64,000 nucleotides of DNA, taken from NCBI GenBank assembly GCA_051362555.1, contig CM120640.1:29965967-30029966 (forward strand), in the 5' to 3' direction. Below are positions 47,501 through 63,214 of this stretch, one piece after another. Both the position numbers and the translations under genes were made by a program. The DNA comes from Lingula anatina (taxonomy: Eukaryota; Animalia; Brachiopoda). The notes below the pieces were generated by a model, which did not search any database, was not told the origin of the DNA, and was given only the letters and a program-made list of their open reading frames with translations. Numbering within the stretch: the first letter of the stretch is position 1; each line of letters opens with the position of its first letter.

Positions 47501-50500
47501 GACAAATGATGCTTAAAATCAATAAAAATCTCTGATTAGCTCATAAGTTGACTGTGTCTCATGAAAAGTATTTTTTCAGAGCATATAAATTTGAGAAAAC
47601 TGAAAATAACATTGAGAAGTCAGCCAAATTTAGTGCCTTAATATAGTTAAACGTTAATAATTTTGACAAATCTAGTCCAATATCTGCGAAATTGGGACAG
47701 ATGATGTATAACAACAATAAAAATCTGTGATAACCTCATCAGTTGACTGTTTCTCATGAAAAAGATTTTTTCGGATGATATAATTTAGAAAACTGAATGT
47801 TACATTAAAAAGACTGCCAAAGTCAATGACTTCAAATAGTTAAATATTTATAATTTTGACAAATCTAGCCCAATATTTGTGAAATTTGTGCAAATGATGC
47901 TTAACAAGAATAAAAATCTGTGATAAGCTCATCAGTTGACTAGGTCCAATGAAAAAGATTTTTTTAGGAAAATAAATTTGAAAAAACTGAAAATAACATT
48001 AAACAGACTGCCAATTTCCATGGTATAAAATAGTTAAACATTAATAATTTTGACAAATTTTGTCCAATATTTGTGGAATTTGGGCAAATGATGCTGAACA
48101 ATAATAAAAATCAGTGATAAGCTTATCAGTTGACTGTGTGTAATTGAAGTGTAATTGTCCTCTGAAAAAATTATATACCCATTCAAGACTTCTCCTTACT
48201 ACCAATACCAGATGCAGATTCCTCCTTACAATCAGTTTCTGGAAGCGGGTTTAGCACACCATTTGACAATGTCCTAAAGCTTGCCACATGCCATCTATTG
48301 TACACATGGGTGAGACAAACCATTGCTCTTGCTGTTGGCTTTCACTGCGTGTTTTTTCTTCAGGAATTATCCATGACCAGACAGGAAGAATCAGTTCATC
48401 AAAAAACCCACCACGCTGTATGGAAAAGGTCACCTGGAAAAAGAACAATATATTTGAAAAAAGTGAAAATTAAATTTTTACAATTGACAAATTTTACAGA
48501 TTAAAATAGTTCAACATTAATAACTTTGATAAAGTTAAGCTTAACAGTTGACTGTCTCTAATAAAAAGGATATTTTCGGAACTGAAAGTAACACTGAAAA
48601 GACGGCCAAATTCCACGACTTCAAATAGTTAAACGTTAATAATTTTGACAAATCAAGTCCTATATCTGTGAAATCTGGAGAGATGATGCATAACAACAAT
48701 AAAAATCTGTGATAAGCAAATCAGTTGACAATGTCCAATGAAAAAGATTTTTTCAGAACATATAAATTTGAGAAAACTGAAAATTACTTTGAAAAGACTG
48801 CCAAAGTCCACGACTTCAAATAGTTAAATATTAATAATTTTGACAAATCTAGTCCAATATTTGTGAAATTTGTACAAATGATGCTAAACAACAATAAAAA
48901 TCTGTGATAAGCTCATCAGTTGACTGGGTCCGATGAAAAAGATTTTTTTAGTGCAATAAATTTGAAAAAACTGAAAATGACATTGAAAACACTGACAATG
49001 CTATGCCTTAAAATCGTTAAACGTTAATAATTTTTACAAATCTAGTCTAATATTTGTGGAATTTTGACAAATGATGCTTACAATCAATAAAAATCTGTGA
49101 TAAGCTCATAAGTTGACTGTGTCTCATGAAAAGGATTTTTTCAGAGCATATAAATTTGAGAAAACTGAAAATAACATTGAGAAGTCAGCCAAATTTAGTG
49201 CCTTAATATAGTTAAACGTTAATAATTTTGACAAATCTAGTCCAATATCTGCGAAATTGGGACAGATGATGTATAACAACAATAAAAATCTGTGATAACC
49301 TCATCAGTTGACTGTTTCTCATGAAAAATATTTTTTCGGACGATATAATTTAGAAAACTGAATGTTACATTGGAAAGACTGCCAAAGTCCATGACTTCAA
49401 ATAGTTAAATATTAATAATTTTGACAAATCTAGTCTAATATTTGTGAAATTTGTACAAATGATGCTAAACAACAATAAAAATCTGTGATAAGCTCATCAG
49501 TTGACTGGGTCCGATGAAAAAGATTTTTTTAGGACAATAAATTTGAAAAAACTGAAAATAACAAACTAACAGACTACCAATTTCCATGGTATAAAATAGT
49601 TAAACATGAATAATTTTGACAAATTTTGTCGAATATTTGTGGAATTTGAAAATGATGCTTAAAATCAATAAAAATCTGTGATAAGCTTATCAGTTGACTG
49701 TGTGTAATTGAAGTGTAATTGTCCTAAAAAAAAATATATATATATATACCCATTCAAGACTTCTCCTTACTACCAATACCAGATGCAGATTCCTCCTTAA
49801 AATCGGTTTCTGGAAGCGGGTTTAGCACACCATTTGACATTTTCTACAGGAATTAGCCATGATCAGACAAGAAGAATCAGTTCATCAAAAAACCCACCAC
49901 GCTGTATGGAAAAGGTCACCTGGAAAAAGAACAATATATTTGAAAAAAGTGAAAATTAAATTTTAAAAATTGACAAATTTTACAGATTAAAATAGTTCAA
50001 CATTAATAACTTTGATAAAGTTAAGCTTAACAGTTGACTGTCTCTAATGAAATGGATATTTTCGGAACTGAAAGTAACACTGAAAAGACTGCCAAATTCC
50101 ATGACTTCAAATAGTTAAACGTTAATAATTTTGACAAATCAAGACTAATTAATGTGAAATTTGGGGACATGATGCATAACAACAATAAAAATCTGTGACA
50201 TGACATTGTGGAATTTTGACAAATGATGCTTACAATCAATAAAAATCTGTGATTAGCTCATAAGTTGACTGTGTCTTATGAAAAGGATTTTTTCAGAGCA
50301 CATAAATTTAAGAAAACTGAAAATAACATTGAGAAGTCAGCCAAATTCAGTGCCTTAATATAGTTAAACATTAATAATTTTGACAAATCTAGTCCAATAT
50401 CTGCAAAATTGGGACAGATGATGTACAACAACAATAAAAATCTGTGATAACCTCATCAGTTGACTGTTTCTCATGAAAAAGATTTTTTCGGATGATATAA

Positions 50501-53500
50501 TTTAGAAAACTGAATGTTACATTGAAAAGACTGCCAAAGTCAATGACTTCAAATAGTTAAATATTTATAATTTTGACAAATCTAGCCCAATATTTGTGAA
50601 ATTTGTACAAATGATGCTTAACAGCAATAAAAATCTGTGATAAGCTCATCAGTTGACTAGGTCCGATAAAAAAGATTTTTTTAGGAAAATAAATTTGAAA
50701 AAACTAAAAATAACACTAAACAGACCACCAATTTCCATGGTATAAAAAAGTTAAACATTAATAATTTTGACAAATTTTGTCCAATATTTGTGGAATTTGG
50801 GCAAATGATGCTGAACAATAATAAAAATCAGTGATAAGCTTATCAGTTGACTGTGTGTAATTGAAGTGTAATTGTCCTCTGAAAAAATTATATACCCATT
50901 CAAGACTTCTCCTTACTACCAATACCAGATGCAGATTCCTCCTTACAATCAGTTTCTGGAAGCGGGTTTAGCACACCATTTGACAATGTCCTAAAGCTTG
51001 CCACATGCCATCTATTGTACACATGGGTGAGACAAACCATTGCTCTTGCTGTTGGCTTTCACTGCGTGTTTTTTCTTCAGGAATTATCCATGACCAGACA
51101 GGAAGAATCAGTTCATCAAAAAACCCACCACGCTGTATGGAAAAGGTCACCTGGAAAAAGAACAATATATTTGAAAAAAGTGAAAATTAAATTTTTACAA
51201 TTGACAAATTTTACAGATTAAAATAGTTCAACATTAATAACTTTGATAAAGTTAAGCTTAACAGTTGACTGTCTCTAATAAAAAGGATATTTTCGGAACT
51301 GAAAGTAACACTGAAAAGACGGCCAAATTCCACGACTTCAAATAGTTAAACGTTAATAATTTTGACAAATCAAGTCCAATATTTTGAAATTTGTACAAGA
51401 AATGCTTAACAACAATAAAAATCTGTGATAACCTCATCAGTTGACTGTTTCTCATGAAAAATATTTTTTCGGACGATATAATTTAGAAAACTGAATGTTA
51501 CTTTGGAAAGACTGCCAAAGTCCATGACTTCAAATAGTTAAATATTAATAATTTTGACAAATCTAGTCTAATATTTGTGAAATTTGTACAAATGATGCTC
51601 AGCAACAATAAAAATCTGTGATAAGCTCATCAGTTGACTGGGTCCGATGAAAAAGATTTTTTTAGGACAATAAATTTGAAAAAATTGAAAATAACAAACT
51701 AACAGACTGCCAATTTCCATGGTATAAAATAGTTAAACATGAATAATTTTGACAAATTTTGTCAAATATTTGTGGAATTTGGGCAAATGATGCTGAACAA
51801 TAATAAAAATCTGTGATAAGCTTATCAGTTGACTGTGTGTAATTGAAGTGTAATTGTCCTAAAAATATATATATATATATTCCCATTCAAGACTTCTCCT
51901 TACTACCAATACCAGATGCAGATTCTTCCTTAAAATCTGTTTCTGGAAGCGGGTTTAGCACACCATTTGACATTTTCTACAGGAATTAGCCATGATCAGA
52001 CAAGAAGAAACAGTTCATCAAAAAACCCACCACGCTGTATGGAAAAGGTCACCTGGAAAAAGAACAATATATTTGAAAAAAGTGAAAATTAAATTTTAAA
52101 AATTGACAAATTTTACAGATTAAAATAATTAAACATTAATAACTTTGATAAAGTTAAGTTTAACAATTATGTCTCTAATGAAATGGATATTTTCGGAACT
52201 GAAAGTAACACTGAAAAGACTGCCAAATACCATGACTTCAAATAGTTAAACGTTAATAATTTTGACAAATCAAGTCTAATGTCTGTGAAATTTGGGGACA
52301 TGATGCATAACAACAATAAAAATCTGTGACAAGCTCATCAGTTGACTGTGTCTCATGAAAAATATTTTTTCAGAGCATATAAATTTGAGAAAACTGAAAA
52401 TTATATTGAGAAGTCTGCCAAATGCGGTGCCTTAATATAGTTAAACGTTAATAATTTTGACAAATCAAGTCCAATATTTTGAAATTTGTACAAGAAATGC
52501 TTAACATCAATAAAAATCTGTGAAAAGCAAATCAGTTGACAATGTTCAATGAAAAAGATTTTTTCAGAACATATAAATTTGAGAAAACTGAAAATGACAT
52601 TGAAAACACTGACAATGCTATGCCTTAAAATCGTTAAACGTTAATAATTTTTACAAATCTAGTCTAATATTTGTGGAATTTCGACAAATGATGCTTAAAA
52701 TCAATAAAAATCTCTGATTAGCTCATAAGTTGACTGTGTCTCATGAAAAGTATTTTTTCAGAGCATATAAATTTGAGAAAACTGAAAATAACATTGAGAA
52801 GTCAGCCAAATTTAGTGCCTTAATATAGTTAAACGTTAATAATTTTGACAAATCTAGTCCAATATCTGCGAAATTGGGACAGATGATGTATAACAACAAT
52901 AAAAATCTGTGATAACCTCATCAGTTGACTGTTTCTCATGAAAAAGATTTTTTCGGATGATATAATTTAGAAAACTGAATGTTACATTAAAAAGACTGCC
53001 AAAGTCAATGACTTCAAATAGTTAAATATTTATAATTTTGACAAATCTAGCCCAATATTTGTGAAATTTGTGCAAATGATGCTTAACAAGAATAAAAATC
53101 TGTGATAAGCTCATCAGTTGACTAGGTCCAATGAAAAAGATTTTTTTAGGAAAATAAATTTGAAAAAACTGAAAATAACATTAAACAGACTGCCAATTTC
53201 CATGGTATAAAATAGTTAAACATTAATAATTTTGACAAATTTTGTCCAATATTTGTGGAATTTGGGCAAATGATGCTGAACAATAATAAAAATCAGTGAT
53301 AAGCTTATCAGTTGACTGTGTGTAATTGAAGTGTAATTGTCCTCTGAAAAAATTATATACCCATTCAAGACTTCTCCTTACTACCAATACCAGATGCAGA
53401 TTCCTCCTTACAATCAGTTTCTGGAAGCGGGTTTAGCACACCATTTGACAATGTCCTAAAGCTTGCCACATGCCATCTATTGTACACATGGGTGAGACAA

Positions 53501-56500
53501 ACCATTGCTCTTGCTGTTGGCTTTCACTGCGTGTTTTTTCTTCAGGAATTATCCATGACCAGACAGGAAGAATCAGTTCATCAAAAAACCCACCACGCTG
53601 TATGGAAAAGGTCACCTGGAAAAAGAACAATATATTTGAAAAAAGTGAAAATTAAATTTTTACAATTGACAAATTTTACAGATTAAAATAGTTCAACATT
53701 AATAACTTTGATAAAGTTAAGCTTAACAGTTGACTGTCTCTAATAAAAAGGATATTTTCGGAACTGAAAGTAACACTGAAAAGACGGCCAAATTCCACGA
53801 CTTCAAATAGTTAAACGTTAATAATTTTGACAAATCAAGTCCAATATCTGTGAAATCTGGAGAGATGATGCATAACAACAATAAAAATCTGTGATAAGCA
53901 AATCAGTTGACAATGTCCAATGAAAAAGATTTTTTCAGAACATATAAATTTGAGAAAACTGAAAATTACTTTGAAAAGACTGCCAAAGTCCACGACTTCA
54001 AATAGTTAAATATTAATAATTTTGACAAATCTAGTCCAATATTTGTGAAATTTGTACAAATGATGCTAAACAACAATAAAAATCTGTGATAAGCTCATCA
54101 GTTGACTGGGTCCGATGAAAAAGATTTTTTTAGTGCAATAAATTTGAAAAAACTGAAAATGACATTGAAAACACTGACAATGCTATGCCTTAAAATCGTT
54201 AAACGTTAATAATTTTTACAAATCTAGTCTAATATTTGTGGAATTTTGACAAATGATGCTTACAATCAATAAAAATCTGTGATAAGCTCATAAGTTGACT
54301 GTGTCTCATGAAAAGGATTTTTTCAGAGCATATAAATTTGAGAAAACTGAAAATAACATTGAGAAGTCAGCCAAATTTAGTGCCTTAATATAGTTAAACG
54401 TTAATAATTTTGACAAATCTAGTCCAATATCTGCGAAATTGGGACAGATGATGTATAACAACAATAAAAATCTGTGATAACCTCATCAGTTGACTGTTTC
54501 TCATGAAAAATATTTTTTCGGACGATATAATTTAGAAAACTGAATGTTACATTGGAAAGACTGCCAAAGTCCATGACTTCAAATAGTTAAATATTAATAA
54601 TTTTGACAAATCTAGTCTAATATTTGTGAAATTTGTACAAATGATGCTAAACAACAATAAAAATCTGTGATAAGCTCATCAGTTGACTGGGTCCGATGAA
54701 AAAGATTTTTTTAGGACAATAAATTTGAAAAAACTGAAAATAACAAACTAACAGACTACCAATTTCCATGGTATAAAATAGTTAAACATGAATAATTTTG
54801 ACAAATTTTGTCGAATATTTGTGGAATTTGAAAATGATGCTTAAAATCAATAAAAATCTGTGATAAGCTTATCAGTTGACTGTGTGTAATTGAAGTGTAA
54901 TTGTCCTAAAAAAAAAAATATATATATATACCCATTCAAGACTTCTCCTTACTACCAATACCAGATGCAGATTCCTCCTTAAAATCGGTTTCTGGAAGCG
55001 GGTTTAGCACACCATTTGACATTTTCTACAGGAATTAGCCATGATCAGACAAGAAGAATCAGTTCATCAAAAAACCCACCACGCTGTATGGAAAAGGTCA
55101 CCTGGAAAAAGAACAATATATTTGAAAAAAGTGAAAATTAAATTTTAAAAATTGACAAATTTTACAGATTAAAATAGTTCAACATTAATAACTTTGATAA
55201 AGTTAAGCTTAACAGTTGACTGTCTCTAATGAAATGGATATTTTCGGAACTGAAAGTAACACTGAAAAGACTGCCAAATTCCATGACTTCAAATAGTTAA
55301 ACGTTAATAATTTTGACAAATCAAGACTAATTAATGTGAAATTTGGGGACATGATGCATAACAACAATAAAAATCTGTGACATGACATTGTGGAATTTTG
55401 ACAAATGATGCTTACAATCAATAAAAATCTGTGATTAGCTCATAAGTTGACTGTGTCTTATGAAAAGGATTTTTTCAGAGCACATAAATTTAAGAAAACT
55501 GAAAATAACATTGAGAAGTCAGCCAAATTCAGTGCCTTAATATAGTTAAACATTAATAATTTTGACAAATCTAGTCCAATATCTGCAAAATTGGGACAGA
55601 TGATGTACAACAACAATAAAAATCTGTGATAACCTCATCAGTTGACTGTTTCTCATGAAAAAGATTTTTTCGGATGATATAATTTAGAAAACTGAATGTT
55701 ACATTGAAAAGACTGCCAAAGTCAATGACTTCAAATAGTTAAATATTTATAATTTTGACAAATCTAGCCCAATATTTGTGAAATTTGTACAAATGATGCT
55801 TAACAGCAATAAAAATCTGTGATAAGCTCATCAGTTGACTAGGTCCGATAAAAAAGATTTTTTTAGGAAAATAAATTTGAAAAAACTAAAAATAACACTA
55901 AACAGACCACCAATTTCCATGGTATAAAAAAGTTAAACATTAATAATTTTGACAAATTTTGTCCAATATTTGTGGAATTTGGGCAAATGATGCTGAACAA
56001 TAATAAAAATCAGTGATAAGCTTATCAGTTGACTGTGTGTAATTGAAGTGTAATTGTCCTCTGAAAAAAATATATACCCATTCAAGACTTCTCCTTACTA
56101 CCAATACCAGATGCAGATTCCTCCTTACAATCAGTTTCTGGAAGCGGGTTTAGCACACCATTTGACAATGTCCTAAAGATTGCCACATGCCATCTATTGT
56201 ACACATGGGTGAGACAAACCATTGCTCTTGCTGTTGTCTTTCACTGCGTGTTTTTTCTTCAGGAATTATCCATGACCAGACAGGAAGAATCAGTTCATCA
56301 AAAAACCCACCACACTGTATGGAAAAGGTCACCTGGAAAAAGAACAATATATTTGAAAAAAGTGAAAATTAAATTTTTACAATTGACAAATTTTACAGAT
56401 TAAAATAGTTCAACATTAATAACTTTGATAAAGTTAAGCTTAACAGTTGACTGTCTCTAATAAAAAGGATATTTTCGGAACTGAAAGTAACACTGAAAAG

Positions 56501-59500
56501 ACGGCCAAATTCCACGACTTCAAATAGTTAAACGTTAATAATTTTGACAAATCAAGTCCAATATCTGTGAAATCTGGAGAGATGATGCATAACAACAATA
56601 AAAATCTGTGATAAGCAAATCAGTTGACAATGTCCAATGAAAAAGATTTTTTCAGAACATATAAATTTGAGAAAACTGAAAATTACTTTGAAAAGACTGC
56701 CAAAGTCCACGACTTCAAATAGTTAAATATTAATAATTTTGACAAATCTAGTCCAATATTTGTGAAATTTGTACAAATGATGCTAAACAACAATAAAAAT
56801 CTGTGATAAGCTCATCAGTTGACTGGGTCCGATGAAAAAGATTTTTTTAGTGCAATAAATTTGAAAAAACTGAAAATGACATTGAAAACACTGACAATGC
56901 TATGCCTTAAAATCGTTAAACGTTAATAATTTTTACAAATCTAGTCTAATATTTGTGGAATTTTGACAAATGATGCTTACAATCAATAAAAATCTGTGAT
57001 AAGCTCATAAGTTGACTGTGTCTCATGAAAAGGATTTTTTCAGAGCATATAAATTTGAGAAAACTGAAAATAACATTGAGAAGTCAGCCAAATTTAGTGC
57101 CTTAATATAGTTAAACGTTAATAATTTTGACAAATCTAGTCCAATATCTGCGAAATTGGGACAGATGATGTATAACAACAATAAAAATCTGTGATAACCT
57201 CATCAGTTGACTGTTTCTCATGAAAAATATTTTTTCGGACGATATAATTTAGAAAACTGAATGTTACATTGGAAAGACTGCCAAAGTCCATGACTTCAAA
57301 TAGTTAAATATTAATAATTTTGACAAATCTAGTCCAATATTTGTGAAATTTGTACAAATGATGCTAAACAACAATAAAAATCTGTGATAAGCTCATCAGT
57401 TGACTGGGTCCGATGAAAAAGATTTTTTTAGGACAATAAATTTGAAAAAACTGAAAATAACAAACTAACAGACTACCAATTTCCATGGTATAAAATAGTT
57501 AAACATGAATAATTTTGACAAATTTTGTCGAATATTTGTGGAATTTGAAAATGATGCTTAAAATCAATAAAAATCTGTGATAAGCTTATCAGTTGACTGT
57601 GTGTAATTGAAGTGTAATTGTCCTAAAAATATATATATATATATTCCCATTCAAGACTTCTCCTTACTACCAATACCAGATGCAGATTCTTCCTTAAAAT
57701 CGGTTTCTGGAAGCGGGTTTAGCACACCATTTGACATTTTCTACAGGAATTAGCCATGATCAGACAAGAAGAATCAGTTCATCAAAAAACCCACCACGCT
57801 GTATGGAAAAGGTCACCTGGAAAAAGAACAATATATTTGAAAAAAGTGAAAATTAAATTTTAAAAATTGACAAATTTTACAGATTAAAATAGTTCAACAT
57901 TAATAACTTTGATAAAGTTAAGCTTAACAGTTGACTGTCTCTAATGAAATGGATATTTTCGGAACTGAAAGTAACACTGAAAAGACTGCCAAATACCATG
58001 ACTTCAAATAGTTAAACGTTAATAATTTTGACAAATCAAGTCTAATGTCTGTGAAATTTGGGGACATGATGCATAACAACAATAAAAATCTGTGACAAGC
58101 TCATCAGTTGACTGTGTCTCATGAAAAATATTTTTTCAGAGCATATAAATTTGAGAAAACTGAAAATTATATTGAGAAGTCTGCCAAATGCGGTGCCTTA
58201 ATATAGTTAAACGTTAATAATTTTGACAAATCAAGTCCAATATTTTGAAATTTGTACAAGAAATGCTTAACATCAATAAAAATCTGTGAAAAGCAAATCA
58301 GTTGACAATGTTCAATGAAAAAGATTTTTTCAGAACATATAAATTTGAGAAAACTGAAAATTACATTGAAAACACTGACAATGCTATGCCTTAAAATCGT
58401 TAAACGTTAATAATTTTTACAAATCTAGTCTAATATTTGTGGAATTTCGACAAATGATGCTTAAAATCAATAAAAATCTGTGATTAGCTCATAAGTTGAC
58501 TGTGTCTCATGAAAAGTATTTTTTCAGAGCATATAAATTTGAGAAAACTGAAAATAACATTGAGAAGTCAGCCAAATTTAGTGCCTTAATATAGTTAAAC
58601 GTTAATAATTTTGACAAATCTAGTCGAATATCTGCGAAATTTGGACAGATGATGTATAACAACAATAAAAATCTGTGATAACCTCATCAGTTGACTGTTT
58701 CTCATGAAAAAGATTTTTTCGGACGATATAATTTAGAAAACTGAATGTTACATTGGAAAGACTGCCAAAGTCCATGACTTCAAATAGTTAAATATTAATA
58801 ATTTTGACAAATCTAGTCCAATATTTGTGAAATTTGTACAAATGATGCTAAACAACAATAAAAATCTGTGATAAGCTCATCAGTTGACTGGGTCCGATGA
58901 AAAAGATTTTTTTAGGACAATAAATTTGAAAAAACTGAAAATAACAAACTAACAGACTGCCAATTTCCATGGTATAAAATAGTTAAACATGAATAATTTT
59001 GACAAATTTTGTCGAATATTTGTGGAATTTGAAAATGATGCTGAACAATAATAAAAACCTGTGATAAGCTTATCAGTTGACTGTGTGTAATTGAAGTGTA
59101 TTGTCCTCAAAAAAATAAATATATATATATATACCCATTCAAGACTTCTCCTTACTACCAATACCAGATGCAGATTCCTCCTTAAAATCGGTTTCTGGAA
59201 GCGGGTTTAGCACACCATTTGACATTTTCTACAGGAATTAGCCATGACCAGACAAGAAGAATCACTTCATCAAAAAACCCACCACGCTGTATGGAAAAGG
59301 TCACCTGGAAAAAGAACAATATATTTGAAAAAAGTGAAAATTAAATTTTTACAATTGACAAATTTTACAGATTAAAATAATTAAACATTAATAACTTTGA
59401 TAAAGTTAAGCTTAACAGTTGACTGTCTCTAATGAAATGGATATTTTCGGAACTGAAAGTAACACTAAAAAGACTGCCAAATTCCATGACTTCAAATAGT

Positions 59501-60790
59501 TAAAGCTTATCAGTTGACTGTGTGTAATTGAAGTGTAATTGTCCTCTGAAAAAAATATATACCCATTCAAGACTTCTCCTTACTACCAATACCATATGCA
59601 GATTCCTCCTTACAATCGGTTTCTGGAAGCGGGTTTAGCACACCATTTGACAATGTCCTAAAGCTTGCCACATGCCATCTATTGTACACATGGATGAGAC
59701 AAACCATTGCTCTTGCTGTTGTCTATCACTGCCTGTTTTTTTTTTCACAGGAAATAGCCATGACCAGACAGGAAGAATCAGTTCATCAAAAAACCCACCA
59801 CGCTGTATGGAAAAGGTCACCTGGAAAAAGAACAATATATTTGAAATAAGTGAAAATTAAATTTTTAAAATTGACAAATTTTACAGATTAAAATAGTTCA
59901 ACATTAATAACTTTGATAAACTTAAGCTTAACAGTTGACTGTCTCTAAAATAAAAAGGATATTTTCGGAACTTTCCATGACTTCAAATAGTTAAACGTTA
60001 ATAATTTTGACAAATCAAGTCCAATATCTGTGAAATTTGGAGACATGATGCATAACAACAATAAAAATCTGTTGACTGTGTCTCATGAAAAATATTTTTT
60101 CAGAGCATATAAATTTGAGAAAACTTAAAATTATATTGAGAAGTCTGCCAAATGCAGTGCCTTAATATAGTTAAATGTTAATAATTTTGACAAATCTAGT
60201 CAAATATTTGTGAAATTTGTAAGATTCATGCTTAACATCAATAAAAATCTGTGAAAAGCAAATCAGTTGACAAAGTCCAATGAAAAAGCTTTTTTTAGAG
60301 CATATAAATTTGAGAAAACTGAAAATAACATTGAGAAGTCAGCCAAATTCAGTGCCTTAATATAGTTAAACATTAATAATTTTGACAAATCTAGTCCAAT
60401 ATCTGCAAATATCTGCAATATCTGGACAGATGATGTATAACAACAATAAAAATCTGTGATAACCTCGTCAGTTGACTGTTTCTCATGAAAGTTTTTTTTC
60501 TGACAATATAATTTAGAAAACTGAATGTTTCATTGAAAAGACTGCCAAAGTCCATGACTTCAAATAGTTAAATGTTAAGAATTTTGACAAATCTAGTCCA
60601 ATGTTTGTGAAATTTGTACAAATGATGCTGAAAATCAATAAAAATCTGTGATAAGCTCATTAGTTGACTGGGTCCAATGAAAAAGATTTTAAGGAAAATA
60701 AATTTGAGAAAACTGAAAATAACACTGAAAAGACTGCCAAATTTCATGGTATAAAATAGTTAAACATTAATAATTTTGACAATTTTGTTT
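44600..60790. repeat. Complex satellite: ~194-bp monomers plus periodic spacer, with a 5,182-bp super-repeat (2,465 + 2,717 bp)
   Basis: Monomer starts at about 44,620, 44,814, 45,008 and 45,203. Spacer ORFs at 45,786, 48,251, 50,968, 53,433, 56,150 and 59,635 give exact 5,182-bp offsets. Confidence 0.97.
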
Positions 60791-61849
60791 TCTTGATATT
60801 TTAAAGATGTAAAAGTACAATTGAAACTCAAGTGGATAAAGTGGATCATTTAAAATAATGAAAATACTCCAAGAAAATTTTGATGCCAGAATCATTTTCT
60901 GCATGATCAATTTCTGGTCTTTGAATTAATAATTTTTTTAAAGGGAGGAGAGAAATTAGCATTGTGCCAATATTAGATTGTTTTAATGTAAATAAACAAA
61001 AGGAGGATGGTTTACTCAAACACTTACTCTGTCTGCACTTGTTTTGTTGTGCCTAACTTTTGTTTGTAATAAATATATATACATTTAATAAAATTTAATT
61101 AGTTATTTGTCTATGCCCTATTGTTTTGTTTAAATGTCATGTTAAGGAATTATATAGATTTAGTATTTTTTTTAACTTTCTATATAATTGTTTTGTTACA
61201 CTATTAAATAATGTTTATAACTGTAATGAATTATAAATTTATTATTCGGTTTAAATAGAACTTAATGAGCTTATCAATGTTATAACAAACATTTTTCTTT
61301 ATTTACCCACATATCTTTGCATGTATTTTCACTTGTATGTATATATAATTTTCTTTTTTAGTTTGTTTGTAATAGGAATCATAAAATGTTAATAATATGG
61401 GAAGTGAGTATTATTAGTCTAAGAGTAAATATACTTGGTCAGTATCAGATAATGTATATTAAAGGGTTCAATTTAACATTATAAACTGAAGATGCTTAAA
61501 TTAAATGAGTAATTTAACTGATAGTTTTATTATATGATAGGGATATATAGGTAAACAAATGATTAACATGTTTTTATTAAGTGAAATATGTTATGTTGCT
61601 TCATAAAACATAAACATTAGATGATTATTTCTGCTGAAATATGGACTGAATGGCAACTTAGAAACAATATATATGTATGCTGAAACATTTTAGTGGATTC
61701 ATAAAATTTTCTCTTAAAACAAGGTAATGATTACAAGATGGATGTAATCACATCTGATTAATCATTGTATTAAAGGGAAGAAGGAGTATTAAATAGAAAG
61801 TACATAGCCAATTAATACAACGAAGATATGTTATGTTGAATTCTAGTTA

Positions 61850-62987
61850 GGCCACACTTTTTTATTTTTATGGATGACATCCTCTGGGGACCCCAAAGTC
61901 GGTGCGAGCGGGCGAAAAAAAAAAACAGTCCAAAAAAAAAAAAAACTGCTTAAGAAAAGTTATGTTTTCAGTACACAGCTGGAAACACTAATTTACCACA
62001 GAAACATGTATCAAACTAACAACATGTCTTTATCCATGCTCTCAAAATATTAAAGCTTTGTGAATAGGGCCTATTTCGTAGAAAGGTAAAAAGTCATGAA
62101 TATATATGCTGCATATTACCAAATCTATTTAAGGTTATTTCATGCATTCTGTTGGTATAGCATCCAATAAAACAAATATCAAATAAACAGCGTGTCTTAA
62201 TTTGTACTCTCAGAAAATTAAAGCATTGTAAACACTTCACAGAATTGTTAAAAAAAAGAAGCAAAGATAGGCCTATGCTTCCTACTACTAAGGTAATTTC
62301 GGTCGATGCCATTTTGTCTACTTCGACTCAAACGCTAGCAGCCAACTATCGGGTGGCCTGTCCGACTTTCAGTCCACCAAATACCAGGACGCTCTTGTCG
62401 ACCCTTTTTTCGCTCCAAAAAGAAACTGGTATGTGCTGCTCTGGACAGAATGTCACTGAAATTTTCCGGGCGATGATCGCTGGCCGCGGCCAGCCTTTCG
62501 TATAATTGTAAAAGGGTGATATCTCCATGTCCAATATCAATGGCAAACTAATCCAAAAAGACGGCCCCCGTTCTCTTTATGACTTTAATTGTCGTGTATT
62601 TTGAAGTTAAAGCAATAATAACCCTTCGTTTCGGCCAAAAAATGAATTTTCCTGGAGTAAACAACAATTTTCCCATACTTACCAATGGTTATGAATCCAT
62701 TTTTACATTCAAAGTTAGTCCCTGTTTTTTTTCTAAAAAGTTTGGTTTTTTGTTAAAATCTCTTAAGAGCTTGCGGAATTAGCCGAGAATTGCCGATTGC
62801 ATTTTCCTGCAAATTCAATAACGATGTTTGCGACAACCAACTTCCTCGGGGGGGGGGGGGGGGGGGAGGGGGGGGGGGAGCGGTGGGAGCGGTTTGGGGG
62901 GGGGATTTTTTTTTTTTTTTTTTTGGAGAACGGACGAAAATCGGTGCGCGCGCAGGATGTCATCCATAAAATTAAAAAAGTGTGGCC
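61850..62987. mobile_element. Non-autonomous PIF/Harbinger element, 1,138 bp
   Basis: 34-bp TIRs GGCCACACTTTTTTA(T/A)TTTTATGGATGACATCCT with 1 mismatch. TTA TSD at 61,847-61,849 and 62,988-62,990. Confidence 0.92.
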
Positions 62988-63214
62988 TTATATTTACTGG
63001 AGGGAATGAATATTATATAATGTTACTTTTTTATGTTATTAATCCATTTGTGCATATAACAGTAATGAGAAGTTTCATATAAACAGAATATGATATGATC
63101 AAATAAATGTTTGGGTAAATTTTAATTAAGCCTGATTTTTAATAAAATGGTTATGATATAGAATTTTTTTGGAAATAGATTATTAAATTTTATTTGCGAA
63201 AGTTTTGAGGCGCA

